From the IMG/VR virus record IMGVR_UViG_3300021964_009400: a DNA stretch of 64,000 nucleotides, one strand, 5' to 3'. A program made the position numbers and the translations under genes. This stretch comes from a virus. Taxonomy: Duplodnaviria; Caudoviricetes. Below the pieces are notes generated by a model that was given only the letters and a program-made list of their open reading frames with translations, was not told the DNA's origin and did no database searches. Every line of letters starts with the position of its first letter. Position 1 is the stretch's first letter. Of this stretch, positions 1 through 8,246 are shown piece by piece.

Positions 1-2
1 AA

Positions 3-758
3 GATATCAGACCTTATGTAGAATCAATTGAACAGACAGGTTTTAAAGGTAGAAAGGTAATGTTGGTATATGAAGTACCACAAAAAACAATAGACTATCT
101 TAAATCGAAAGGATGGGATTTATATGGGGGAGAACTCCAACAACATATAATCTTACAGAGATTTAGAGATTTGTATAAACTATTAGGTTCAGAAATAAAA
201 GGTACAGTTATTTGGACCGATGTTAAAGATGTAATATTTCAAGTAGACCCAACAAATTGGATTGAACATAATATGGAAGATGATATATTATCATTCTCAG
301 AATGTATCACATTTAAAGATGACCCTTGGGCTTGTGTAAATGCAGGAACTTCATTTCCTATGGAGTGGGAATGGTTACAAAATAAAACATCTTATTGTGC
401 AGGAACTATCGTTGGTGATGCTTGTTATCTTAGAGATTTATTTATAGATATTTACAGATGGAGTTTAACAACTGCTAATCAAGAACAATTATCAGACCAA
501 GCAGCTTATAATGTTTTAATTAACTTACATCATATTAGTGATTGTGTTCAAACAGTAAAACAAGAAGAAGGATTTGTTACCCAATTAGGAACTGTGTTGG
601 TAAAGAAAGATGAGTTTAAAGATGTTCTATTAGAACCAACTCCAATTGTAGATGAAAACTATATTGTAAAAAATCAAAAAGGAAACCCTTTTTGTTTAGT
701 ACATCAGTACGATAGAATACCAGCATTTAAAGAATTTATTTATAACAAATACAAATGA
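3..758 (+). CDS. Glycosyltransferase-like protein (GT-A type), 5' end runs off the window
   Basis: Frame is open upstream of ATG 60 to the window edge (DIRPYVESIEQTGFKGRKVM); contains WTDVKDVIFQ (DxD-like), DQAAYN and C-terminal LVHQYDR typical of phage sugar-transferase-like proteins. Confidence 0.6.
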   Translation, partial: DIRPYVESIEQTGFKGRKVMLVYEVPQKTIDYLKSKGWDLYGGELQQHIILQRFRDLYKLLGSEIKGTVIWTDVKDVIFQVDPTNWIEHNMEDDILSFSECITFKDDPWACVNAGTSFPMEWEWLQNKTSYCAGTIVGDACYLRDLFIDIYRWSLTTANQEQLSDQAAYNVLINLHHISDCVQTVKQEEGFVTQLGTVLVKKDEFKDVLLEPTPIVDENYIVKNQKGNPFCLVHQYDRIPAFKEFIYNKYK

Positions 759-1645
759 AAGTAGTAATATCAATATTTTGCTTACCTTATGAAATTGATG
801 ATTTAGAGAATACTTTAACTCAACTCAAAAGAGCATCACATTATATTGATAAATCAATTGACTGGAATTTAGATGTAACATTATGTTTATCTAATCAAAT
901 GGTAAATTGGGATAAATCATCAATTAATAAAAAATACTTTGAAGATAAATTTCTTAAAATTGCATCAAATACTGATTGGTGTATTAAACATTTCCAAACA
1001 TCAGATAAAATATTAGGTTGTGTATCTCAAAGGAGATTTTCACTTGAAAAACATAGAGAGGCTGATTACTTTATATGGTTAGATACTGATATTATATTTG
1101 AAGAACGAACACTTTCTTATTTAGAAAATGCCATGAAATCTACAAATCAAGCGTTTCCTAATACAATAATCACACCTGAAATAGTAAAAGTATGGGATAC
1201 AACTTGGGATTGTTTGGTGAATGAAAATTTCTTAGATAAACCACTTGATTATCAAAAAACAAATGACCCCTACAAAGATAGTGGAATTAAAGGTGATATT
1301 ATAATACAAGGAGTTTCTAACAATTCTTTTAATCAACCTCGTTTTAAATTTGCTGGTGGTTGGTTTACGTGCATAAGTGGAAAATTACTAAATAGAGTTG
1401 GTGTACCTGAAAGTTTTGGTCACTATGGATATGAAGATACATTTTTAATGTGGGCATCGGAAAAACTGATTCAAGAGAAAGAAGAAAAAATTCAACAATT
1501 TAAAATAAAAAACCTCGTAGTTTGTGAAAACTACAAATATCGTAATAATTCTCATTACTTAAATCATATATCAATTTATGATAGAAGAGAAGAATTTAAA
1601 AATATAGCACACTCTAATTTTAAAAAAGAGTTAGATAAAATTTAA
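755..1645 (+). CDS. Glycosyltransferase (GT2/GT7-like)
   Basis: IWLDTD (DxD) and GHYGYEDT (GT7-like C-terminal motif); overlaps the upstream stop (ATGA). Confidence 0.65.
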   Translation: MKVVISIFCLPYEIDDLENTLTQLKRASHYIDKSIDWNLDVTLCLSNQMVNWDKSSINKKYFEDKFLKIASNTDWCIKHFQTSDKILGCVSQRRFSLEKHREADYFIWLDTDIIFEERTLSYLENAMKSTNQAFPNTIITPEIVKVWDTTWDCLVNENFLDKPLDYQKTNDPYKDSGIKGDIIIQGVSNNSFNQPRFKFAGGWFTCISGKLLNRVGVPESFGHYGYEDTFLMWASEKLIQEKEEKIQQFKIKNLVVCENYKYRNNSHYLNHISIYDRREEFKNIAHSNFKKELDKI

Positions 1646-1674
1646 ACAAATACCCCTTTAAAGTCCCTCCACCT

Positions 1675-1684
1675 TATATTTATT
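1675..1684 (+). promoter_or_regulatory. TATATTTAT late-type promoter motif
   Basis: TATATTTATT in the gap before the surface module; the same motif recurs before several late-type genes. Confidence 0.4.
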
Positions 1685-1818
1685 CATAGTAAAAGGATAA
1701 TTTCCATCGTTATATCAACAAGTTCTACTTAAAACCCGAAAGGGGCTCGTTCTAATCAAGTAGTTTATAATCAATCGTTTTATTTAATTAGTTACGGTAA
1801 TCTATAAAGGAGATTGCT

Positions 1819-2325
1819 TTGAAATACACTATATTAAATGTATTTAAGATGTGTCTCATCTGGTTATTAATATTATTACCAGCTGAGGGAAATGCTGATT
1901 ACACCCAAGACCCAATCAAAGTTGGTAAAGTTACCAATGAAATTAGAATGGGTAAATTTGCAGGTAATCAGAATCTTGCATTTGGTGTAAAAAATATTCT
2001 CGAAGAACTTCTCTTAGATTTAGATTATGATTTATCAGACAGAGCAACCACACAAGTGAATGTTAGGTTGGTCTTTTTTGATATTAAAAATATAGGTAAA
2101 TCGATTGGGATTTATCATAATAAAGTATCCGCTACACAAATAATAGCTATTGGAGAGTTAGTTGTAGATGGTAAGGTTAAAAAGAAAACAACTCAAAAAG
2201 GTGTAAGTAAAGAAATTTCAAACTCTACATTAGTTGTTGCCTCTGATGGAACATTTAATCAACAAACTGCTTCAAATGCTTTGAAAAAAGTATGTGAACA
2301 AATTATTAAGGAATTATTAAAATGA
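1819..2325 (+). CDS. Secreted CsgG/TolB-N-like protein
   Basis: TTG start 6 nt after AAGGAG; N-terminal hydrophobic signal; GNQNLAFGVKNILEELL helix then beta strands, resembling the CsgG/HfaB fold; lies near a clearer CsgG gene. Confidence 0.45.
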   Translation: MKYTILNVFKMCLIWLLILLPAEGNADYTQDPIKVGKVTNEIRMGKFAGNQNLAFGVKNILEELLLDLDYDLSDRATTQVNVRLVFFDIKNIGKSIGIYHNKVSATQIIAIGELVVDGKVKKKTTQKGVSKEISNSTLVVASDGTFNQQTASNALKKVCEQIIKELLK

Positions 2326-4019
2326 AAAAGATTTTATTATTATTATTTAGTGTACTTTTTACAATGAGTACATATGCACAATCGACTTTAGGATATTCGA
2401 GAGTGAACACAGTAAGTCAAGTTGGAGATACTTTAGTTGTAAAATATCAGTACGGTAAAGGAACTGATATGCCAGATGCAACACTTTATCAATTTGATAT
2501 CCAATACAACAATAAGTTATTATCTCTTATTGAAAATGAGTGGATACCATCAGCAACTTCAGCACAAAAAGCAGTAAACACTTGGAATGGATATAAGTTT
2601 ACTATTGATTCTTCAAAAGACCAAACTGATTTTGATGGACAATATACGAGTTGGTTATCAGGCAATGCATCGTATGGAACAAACGCTGATTGGTCAGTAC
2701 AGAGAATAACTTATCAAGATGTAACCCCATTATCAAATGGTGATGAGTTTATGAAGATAAAGTACAAAATTAAAGATAAGGCAGGTACAAATTACTCAGA
2801 TTACAGTAACTTAATAAATGCTAACTGGGTAAACTATAAAGAATCAGATGGAACACTAATAAATTCATCTGGTACAACTGGTCTAAGTTTAACAGATATT
2901 GAAGGAGGTTCTGCAGAGAATGTAACACTTAACATAAATACAAACATTATTGATGATAACATCGGAGATGGTACTGATTTCACTTATAAGATTTATCTTA
3001 AATCAGATATAGGTAGTGGTAACCAACCAAATGAAGGAGCAAATGTTGTTGCTGAAGGTACATATGATGCCGCTGGTCAAGCAGTTGTAACTACTTTAAC
3101 AAATGATGTAGAATACTTTGTTTGGAATTGGGTTGATACTACTAAAGACTATTTAGATAATGTAGTAACCGTATCTGATTTAGCATTAGTATTTCAAGAA
3201 GCAATTGGTGGTGGTATTAATGGAGACCAAACTACATTTGATTATTATATTCAAACATTCTTAGGAAATGTATATCACGATGAGGCATTTGATGCAACAA
3301 TTAACTTTTCAGATTCATATGAGATACTTGCTTACCTACAAGGTGTAACAAGTACTAATACAACTTATATTAGTAAAAAGGGTGAATCTTATCAGACAGG
3401 TGGTAATAAATCAACATTTGGTACAATAGATTCAAATGGAAGTTATTTCGCTGGTATTGATGCAACATTCAAACCAACTGATTCAAATAAATCATTTAAC
3501 TTTGTACACGCTCTTATGGGTGATGTTAACTTCTCACACTCTTGGGAACCAGATACTAATGATACAACAGTTCCATCATCAGAACAAGCACAATCTTATT
3601 CAAACTCAACAAGAGTTTCAATGGCACCAGGACAAAAATATCAATCTGAAGAAGCAAATATTGATTTAGTATCTGAATTAAAAGATGGACAAGTAATATT
3701 CTCAATCAATTCAGATATTGATGAGATGATAGGAGCACAATTCAACATCACATATGATAACACAAGATTAGTATTGGATAATGTAATATTTGATACTGGT
3801 AATGAAATGACTAACTTCTCTAATCATTTAGAAGAAGATGGAAAAATAAACATTGGTTCGTTTGACCAAAACTTTAAGGCAGTTGTTAAAACAGGAACAC
3901 CTTATCAATTAATCTTTACACCAACAGTAACACTAAGTAATACATCGGGCTTGATTACTTTTAAAGTTAATGAAGGTGTAAAAGCAGACGGAACACAAAT
4001 TAAATTTATAATGGAATAA
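2322..4019 (+). CDS. Secreted protein with cohesin-like, dockerin-like and cohesin-like domains
   Basis: Signal peptide; YQFDIQYNNKLL and IGAQFNITYDNTRLVL cohesin-like strands; NVVTVSDLALVF...INFSDSYEILAYL dockerin-like paired helices; MGDVNFSH. Confidence 0.65.
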   Translation: MKKILLLLFSVLFTMSTYAQSTLGYSRVNTVSQVGDTLVVKYQYGKGTDMPDATLYQFDIQYNNKLLSLIENEWIPSATSAQKAVNTWNGYKFTIDSSKDQTDFDGQYTSWLSGNASYGTNADWSVQRITYQDVTPLSNGDEFMKIKYKIKDKAGTNYSDYSNLINANWVNYKESDGTLINSSGTTGLSLTDIEGGSAENVTLNINTNIIDDNIGDGTDFTYKIYLKSDIGSGNQPNEGANVVAEGTYDAAGQAVVTTLTNDVEYFVWNWVDTTKDYLDNVVTVSDLALVFQEAIGGGINGDQTTFDYYIQTFLGNVYHDEAFDATINFSDSYEILAYLQGVTSTNTTYISKKGESYQTGGNKSTFGTIDSNGSYFAGIDATFKPTDSNKSFNFVHALMGDVNFSHSWEPDTNDTTVPSSEQAQSYSNSTRVSMAPGQKYQSEEANIDLVSELKDGQVIFSINSDIDEMIGAQFNITYDNTRLVLDNVIFDTGNEMTNFSNHLEEDGKINIGSFDQNFKAVVKTGTPYQLIFTPTVTLSNTSGLITFKVNEGVKADGTQIKFIME

Positions 4020-4028
4020 GGAGAAACA

Positions 4029-4400
4029 ATGAAAAAATTAATAACACTTTTATTTTTAGTATTACTAACATCTTGTATGAAAGATGAATTTATCGAACCG
4101 ATTAATTTGGTTGAAGTACCTGAATCTTTAGAGATTTCTGAAGTACAAGGATTAAAACTTGAATCAGCAATCGTATCAGATGAAGTTAGAATGAATGTAA
4201 AATTACCATATAGTGGTATTTACAGAATTAAAATTAGAGATATATCTAAGAATTTAGTATCTCAAGAAAAAATCGAAGGTAATGAGGGAGATAATATATT
4301 AAAGGTATATGTTTCTTCATTAGGAAATAATGGGTATATAATTGAACTTACAGATGATGTTCATGATATGATAGGATTAACAACATTTGTAGTAAACTAA
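4029..4400 (+). CDS. Lipoprotein with T9SS-CTD/FlgD-like Ig domain
   Basis: Lipobox LTSC followed by MKDE; LPYSGIYRIKIRDISKNLV...SSLGNNGYIIEL resembles secretion CTD strands; SD AAGGAG 4018-4023. Confidence 0.6.
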   Translation: MKKLITLLFLVLLTSCMKDEFIEPINLVEVPESLEISEVQGLKLESAIVSDEVRMNVKLPYSGIYRIKIRDISKNLVSQEKIEGNEGDNILKVYVSSLGNNGYIIELTDDVHDMIGLTTFVVN

Positions 4401-4409
4401 GGAGATAAA

Positions 4410-4715
4410 ATGGCAAAAAAGAAAAAGAAAGAAGAAGGATTCTTTTCACAAATAAAGAATCAAATCATTGCAGGAGTTGGTATTATACTAACTACTTTGG
4501 GTGGTATATTTATAGATGAAGTAAAATCATTTATAGGAATTGAAGATGAATCAGAACCACAAACTGAGATTGTACAAGAAAACAATCAATCAGTAAATGT
4601 AACTGGTCCTGAAATCATTATCAACATACCAGAACAAAAGACAGAAACTAAAACTATAATAAAAGAAGTTCCTGTTGAAAAGAAAAAAGAAAAAGAAGAA
4701 AAAATTGATTGGTAA
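4410..4715 (+). CDS. Single-pass membrane protein
   Basis: Basic N-terminus, one hydrophobic segment (IIAGVGIILTTLGGIFI), acidic tail; SD AAGGAG 4399-4404. Confidence 0.7.
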   Translation: MAKKKKKEEGFFSQIKNQIIAGVGIILTTLGGIFIDEVKSFIGIEDESEPQTEIVQENNQSVNVTGPEIIINIPEQKTETKTIIKEVPVEKKKEKEEKIDW

Positions 4716-4773
4716 CAATCAAAAATAATAAAGATTATAAATTAAGTTTATTTTAAAAATAGGAGATTATATT

Positions 4774-4968
4774 ATGGAAGTATTAAAAGCAATTTTCACA
4801 GAAAAGGCATCAGACTACAAAGTAATGGATATTATTGTAAAAATATGGGTTGCAGGTTTATTATTCATGCTTGTATTGGGTTTTGTAGCCATTATGTATG
4901 GTATTATATCAGGTGAAGCAGATATTCAAAATGCAACTTTTGGTGTATTTGACACTTTAGGATATTAA
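4774..4968 (+). CDS. Small membrane protein
   Basis: Long hydrophobic stretch IWVAGLLFMLVLGFVAIMYGII; AGGAG 4761-4765. Confidence 0.6.
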   Translation: MEVLKAIFTEKASDYKVMDIIVKIWVAGLLFMLVLGFVAIMYGIISGEADIQNATFGVFDTLGY

Positions 4969-4977
4969 GTAAAAAAT

Positions 4978-5082
4978 ATGAAAAAATTAAAAGAATTATT
5001 AATTAAATTTGATGATTGGTTAACAAAAATTGGATATGAAATGTATCCTCAATTAACCAAACATATGAAAGATAAAAAATGA
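4978..5082 (+). CDS. Small hypothetical protein (34 aa, below the ORF track cutoff)
   Basis: MKKLKELLIKFDDWLTKIGYEMYPQLTKHMKDKK; stop overlaps the ATG of the next gene (ATGA). Confidence 0.5.
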   Translation: MKKLKELLIKFDDWLTKIGYEMYPQLTKHMKDKK

Positions 5083-5798
5083 AAAAACTTTTTTTATTAT
5101 TGGTATGTATATTTTTTACATTAAATACATTTGCACAAACAGTAGGTAAAATTAAAGCCGAAGAATATACCGCAGAATTTGAAAAGAAAAAATCAATTGA
5201 TGATGTTTCAGATTATTGGGGTGATATGATACCAGTTGCTTTACTCAATGTTGGTATATCTGATGATTTATATGAGATGTATCCAGAGTTAAGAGATGGT
5301 AGAGTAGGTTTAGGACTTACCAACATCGTAATTGAATACTTAGATTGGACAAACAGATTTGAATTCGTAGAAGAAAAATCTTCAATCAAAGATAGAATGA
5401 AATCACAATGGGTTGCTTCAAGAAAAGGTGTTTCGGAGAATCAAGTATATGGATTAGGTAAAATCAAGTTAGCAGAATATTTCGTTACAATAGAGATATA
5501 TGATTTCTCTGTTTCAGAGGATGAGGTTTTATCACTTAAAGATGGTTCTAAACAAACACAAACAACTCGTTTAGGTTTACAAGTTAGGTTTACTAATGCA
5601 GAGAATGGTACATATTTCGTAGGTTCCGGTCTTGGTACGGCGAATACAGTAAAGACTCAAGAGGGTTTGCTGGGGTTAGATTTGGATGAAATAAAGTTCA
5701 GACAATCAGCAATTGGAGTATCTACCAGAAAAGCATTGGAAACCGCTTCAGCAAGAATAGTAGCAAGAATGATTAGAAAAGGTATATTTGAAAACTAA
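5079..5798 (+). CDS. csgG: CsgG/HfaB-family curli assembly/transport-like protein
   Basis: Signal peptide; GLGLTNIVIEYLDWTNRFEFVE, AEYFVTIEIYDF, RLGLQVRFTNAENGTY match the CsgG family pattern; no lipobox Cys, unlike E. coli CsgG. Confidence 0.7.
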   Translation: MKKLFLLLVCIFFTLNTFAQTVGKIKAEEYTAEFEKKKSIDDVSDYWGDMIPVALLNVGISDDLYEMYPELRDGRVGLGLTNIVIEYLDWTNRFEFVEEKSSIKDRMKSQWVASRKGVSENQVYGLGKIKLAEYFVTIEIYDFSVSEDEVLSLKDGSKQTQTTRLGLQVRFTNAENGTYFVGSGLGTANTVKTQEGLLGLDLDEIKFRQSAIGVSTRKALETASARIVARMIRKGIFEN

Positions 5799-5801
5799 TG
5801 A

Positions 5802-7697
5802 ATGAGAAAGTTACTATCGATATTATTCTTTCTGTTTGTAGCTAATTTTAGTTACTCACAAACTTTCACACAGACATTTGTAGATAGATGTACTGGTGAA
5901 GTACAAGTTGTAACCGCAAACTTCACAAGTGGTTCTGCTATTGTATCGTTTTATAACGAGGCAAAATTATTTACCTATCAACAATACACAAATGGTGAAC
6001 TACATCAATGGTTAGTTCAAAAATATGCATGGTGGACAGCACTATCAGCATGCTCAACTGCACAAAACAATACAACAAACGCAACAAACACGGCGAATAA
6101 CGCAACAAACTCTACAAGTAACACAAGTAGTTCATCCTCGAGTGGTTCAAGTGGTAGTAGTGGAAGTGGTTCGAGTGGTAGTAGTGGAAGTGGTTCGAGT
6201 GGTTCAAGTGGAAGTGGTTCCGATTCAAGTGGAAGTGGTTCATCAGGTGGAGATAGTGGAAGTGGTTCCGATAGTGGTGGAAATGGCTCTGATTCAGGTG
6301 GTAATGGTTCCGATTCTGGTGGAGATAGTGGAAGTGGTTCCGATGGTGGTGGAGACTCTGGTGGAGATAGTGGGGGTTCTGATTCCGATGGTGGAAGTGG
6401 AGACTCTGGTGGAGATGGTTCCGATGGTGGTGATGATGGAAACTCTGGTGGAGATGGTGATGGTTCTGGTGGAGATGATGGTAGTGGAGATGGTGATGGT
6501 GATTCCGGCTCTGGTGATGGTGATGAAGGTAGTGGTGATGGTGATGGAGATGGTGATGGTGGTGATGGAGATGGTGATGGTGATGGTGGTGATGGTGATG
6601 GTGGTGATGGAGATGGTGATGGAGATGGTGATGGAGATGGCGATGGTGATGGAGATGGCGATGGTGATGGAGATGGTGATGGTGGTGATGGAGATGGTGA
6701 TGGAGATGGTGATGGAGATGGCGATGGTGATGGAGATGGCGATGGTGATGGAGATGGAGATGATTCAGATGGTGATGGTGATGATGACTCAGATGGTGAT
6801 GATGATAGTGATGATAGTGATGATTCCGATGAAGATTCTGATGAAGAAAGTGAAGAATCAGAGGAAGAAGAAAAAGAAGAAGAATCTGATGAAGAAGAAA
6901 AAGAAGAAGATGAAGAAGAAAGTGATGAGGAAGAGGAAGAAGAAAAAGAAGAAGATGAAGAGGAAGAAGAATCTGATGAAGATTCTGAAGAAGATGAAGA
7001 AGAGGAAGAAGAAAAAGAAAAAAAGTTTTTACCTATTCAATTAAAGGCTGATTTAATGTCAATGCAGGCATTAACATTAGAATATAATCAAATTCTTAAT
7101 ATAGGTGCATCTCAAACATCAATTTTTGGTGATAGAACAAATACAGCCAGTTTAATGATTTGGGATAACTTAAAACAAGCAAGTTTAGGATTAGGAACTT
7201 CAAAAGTAACATTAGATGATAACTACCAAGTATCTTGGGTAGATGGAATAAACCTATCTTATATGAGAAACTATAAAATGAATGCAATATCAACATCAGC
7301 CAGTAGAATGAAACCATTGGGTAAATGGGGAACTGTGGGTGTTGGTATAAATTATTCATATATGTTTGGTAAAGACCAACTTGGGGGAAGATTTCCTAAT
7401 ATGGTATCACTTGGATATAACTTACTTTATACAAATTCATTTCAATTAACAGATAGAATAATGTATGCACCAGCATTAATTGGTGCACAAAACCCTTTAA
7501 GTTATATGGAAGAAATGGCTGGGTTTGAAGCTATGGCAAGTACCTCAAAAGATTTTATTGGTATTTTTGCCAACTCATTTAATGTGCAATTAACACCAAG
7601 ATTTGGGTTCAATGTAGGTTGGACTCTTATTTATAGTAGTAACGAATTTGTTCCTTTGATGAACTCATTTATGATAGGAGCAAAGTTACCCTTTTAA
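5802..7697 (+). CDS. Secreted/outer-membrane protein with Ser-Gly, Gly-Asp and Glu-rich stalk and probable C-terminal beta-barrel
   Basis: Signal peptide; about 300 aa of low complexity; C-terminal about 220 aa of amphipathic strands ending GAKLPF (terminal aromatic residue). Confidence 0.65.
   Translation: MRKLLSILFFLFVANFSYSQTFTQTFVDRCTGEVQVVTANFTSGSAIVSFYNEAKLFTYQQYTNGELHQWLVQKYAWWTALSACSTAQNNTTNATNTANNATNSTSNTSSSSSSGSSGSSGSGSSGSSGSGSSGSSGSGSDSSGSGSSGGDSGSGSDSGGNGSDSGGNGSDSGGDSGSGSDGGGDSGGDSGGSDSDGGSGDSGGDGSDGGDDGNSGGDGDGSGGDDGSGDGDGDSGSGDGDEGSGDGDGDGDGGDGDGDGDGGDGDGGDGDGDGDGDGDGDGDGDGDGDGDGDGGDGDGDGDGDGDGDGDGDGDGDGDGDDSDGDGDDDSDGDDDSDDSDDSDEDSDEESEESEEEEKEEESDEEEKEEDEEESDEEEEEEKEEDEEEEESDEDSEEDEEEEEEKEKKFLPIQLKADLMSMQALTLEYNQILNIGASQTSIFGDRTNTASLMIWDNLKQASLGLGTSKVTLDDNYQVSWVDGINLSYMRNYKMNAISTSASRMKPLGKWGTVGVGINYSYMFGKDQLGGRFPNMVSLGYNLLYTNSFQLTDRIMYAPALIGAQNPLSYMEEMAGFEAMASTSKDFIGIFANSFNVQLTPRFGFNVGWTLIYSSNEFVPLMNSFMIGAKLPF
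6127..7022 (+). repeat. Coding low-complexity tandem repeats (AGTGGT, GGTGATGGAGAT, GAAGAA) including a 77 bp exact duplication
   Basis: 6600-6676 is identical to 6681-6757; 6 and 12 bp periodic GAT-GGN units. Confidence 0.9.
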
Positions 7698-7709
7698 GGA
7701 GAAAAAAAT

Positions 7710-8246
7710 ATGAAAAAGATAGATTGGAAATTAATAGGAATGGGAGTATTTATAGGAACAACAATATGGTTGTTTACAAATCCCAAAATTCAAGAAGTAG
7801 AAAAAATTAAAGAAATAGAAGTTATTCAGACTGTTGTAGATAGTATCTATATAGAAAAACTTGTAGAGAAAAAAGTATTTGTACCAAAGTATATTACAAA
7901 AGAAGTAGAAAAACAAGTTGAAGTAATCAAAGAAGTAATCGTAGAAAAACCAGTTGAAGTAATTAAAACAGTTTATGTAGATAAACCTTATGAAACAATT
8001 GTTGATAGATATGTATTACCAGAACCTAAATGGTATTTAGGATTTGGATACAAGTTTGATAATAATAATTATTTTAGTGGAACTGATATAAAACTTTTAA
8101 GAAAATTTAAAAGTGATAAAATGTTTTCTTTAGATGTTGGTTTAAGAAATGATTTATTAGATGCTGAAACTGGTGTGAGTAAATTATATCCATATGTTGG
8201 AGCATCAATTTACTTCAGATTAGATAAACCAAATACTAATTTTTAA
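7710..8246 (+). CDS. Membrane-anchored protein with VEK/VIKE repeats and C-terminal beta strands (possibly spanin-like)
   Basis: N-terminal TM; EVIKEVIVEKPVEVIK repeats; WYLGFGY and YVGASIYF strands; SD TAAGGAG 7695-7701. Confidence 0.55.
   Translation: MKKIDWKLIGMGVFIGTTIWLFTNPKIQEVEKIKEIEVIQTVVDSIYIEKLVEKKVFVPKYITKEVEKQVEVIKEVIVEKPVEVIKTVYVDKPYETIVDRYVLPEPKWYLGFGYKFDNNNYFSGTDIKLLRKFKSDKMFSLDVGLRNDLLDAETGVSKLYPYVGASIYFRLDKPNTNF

Noticed and set aside
6025-7044. 339 aa alternative-frame ORF rich in V/M/K
   Set aside because: Shadow of the GAT-GGN/GAA repeats of the 5802..7697 gene; repeats lacking stops in a second frame explain it.
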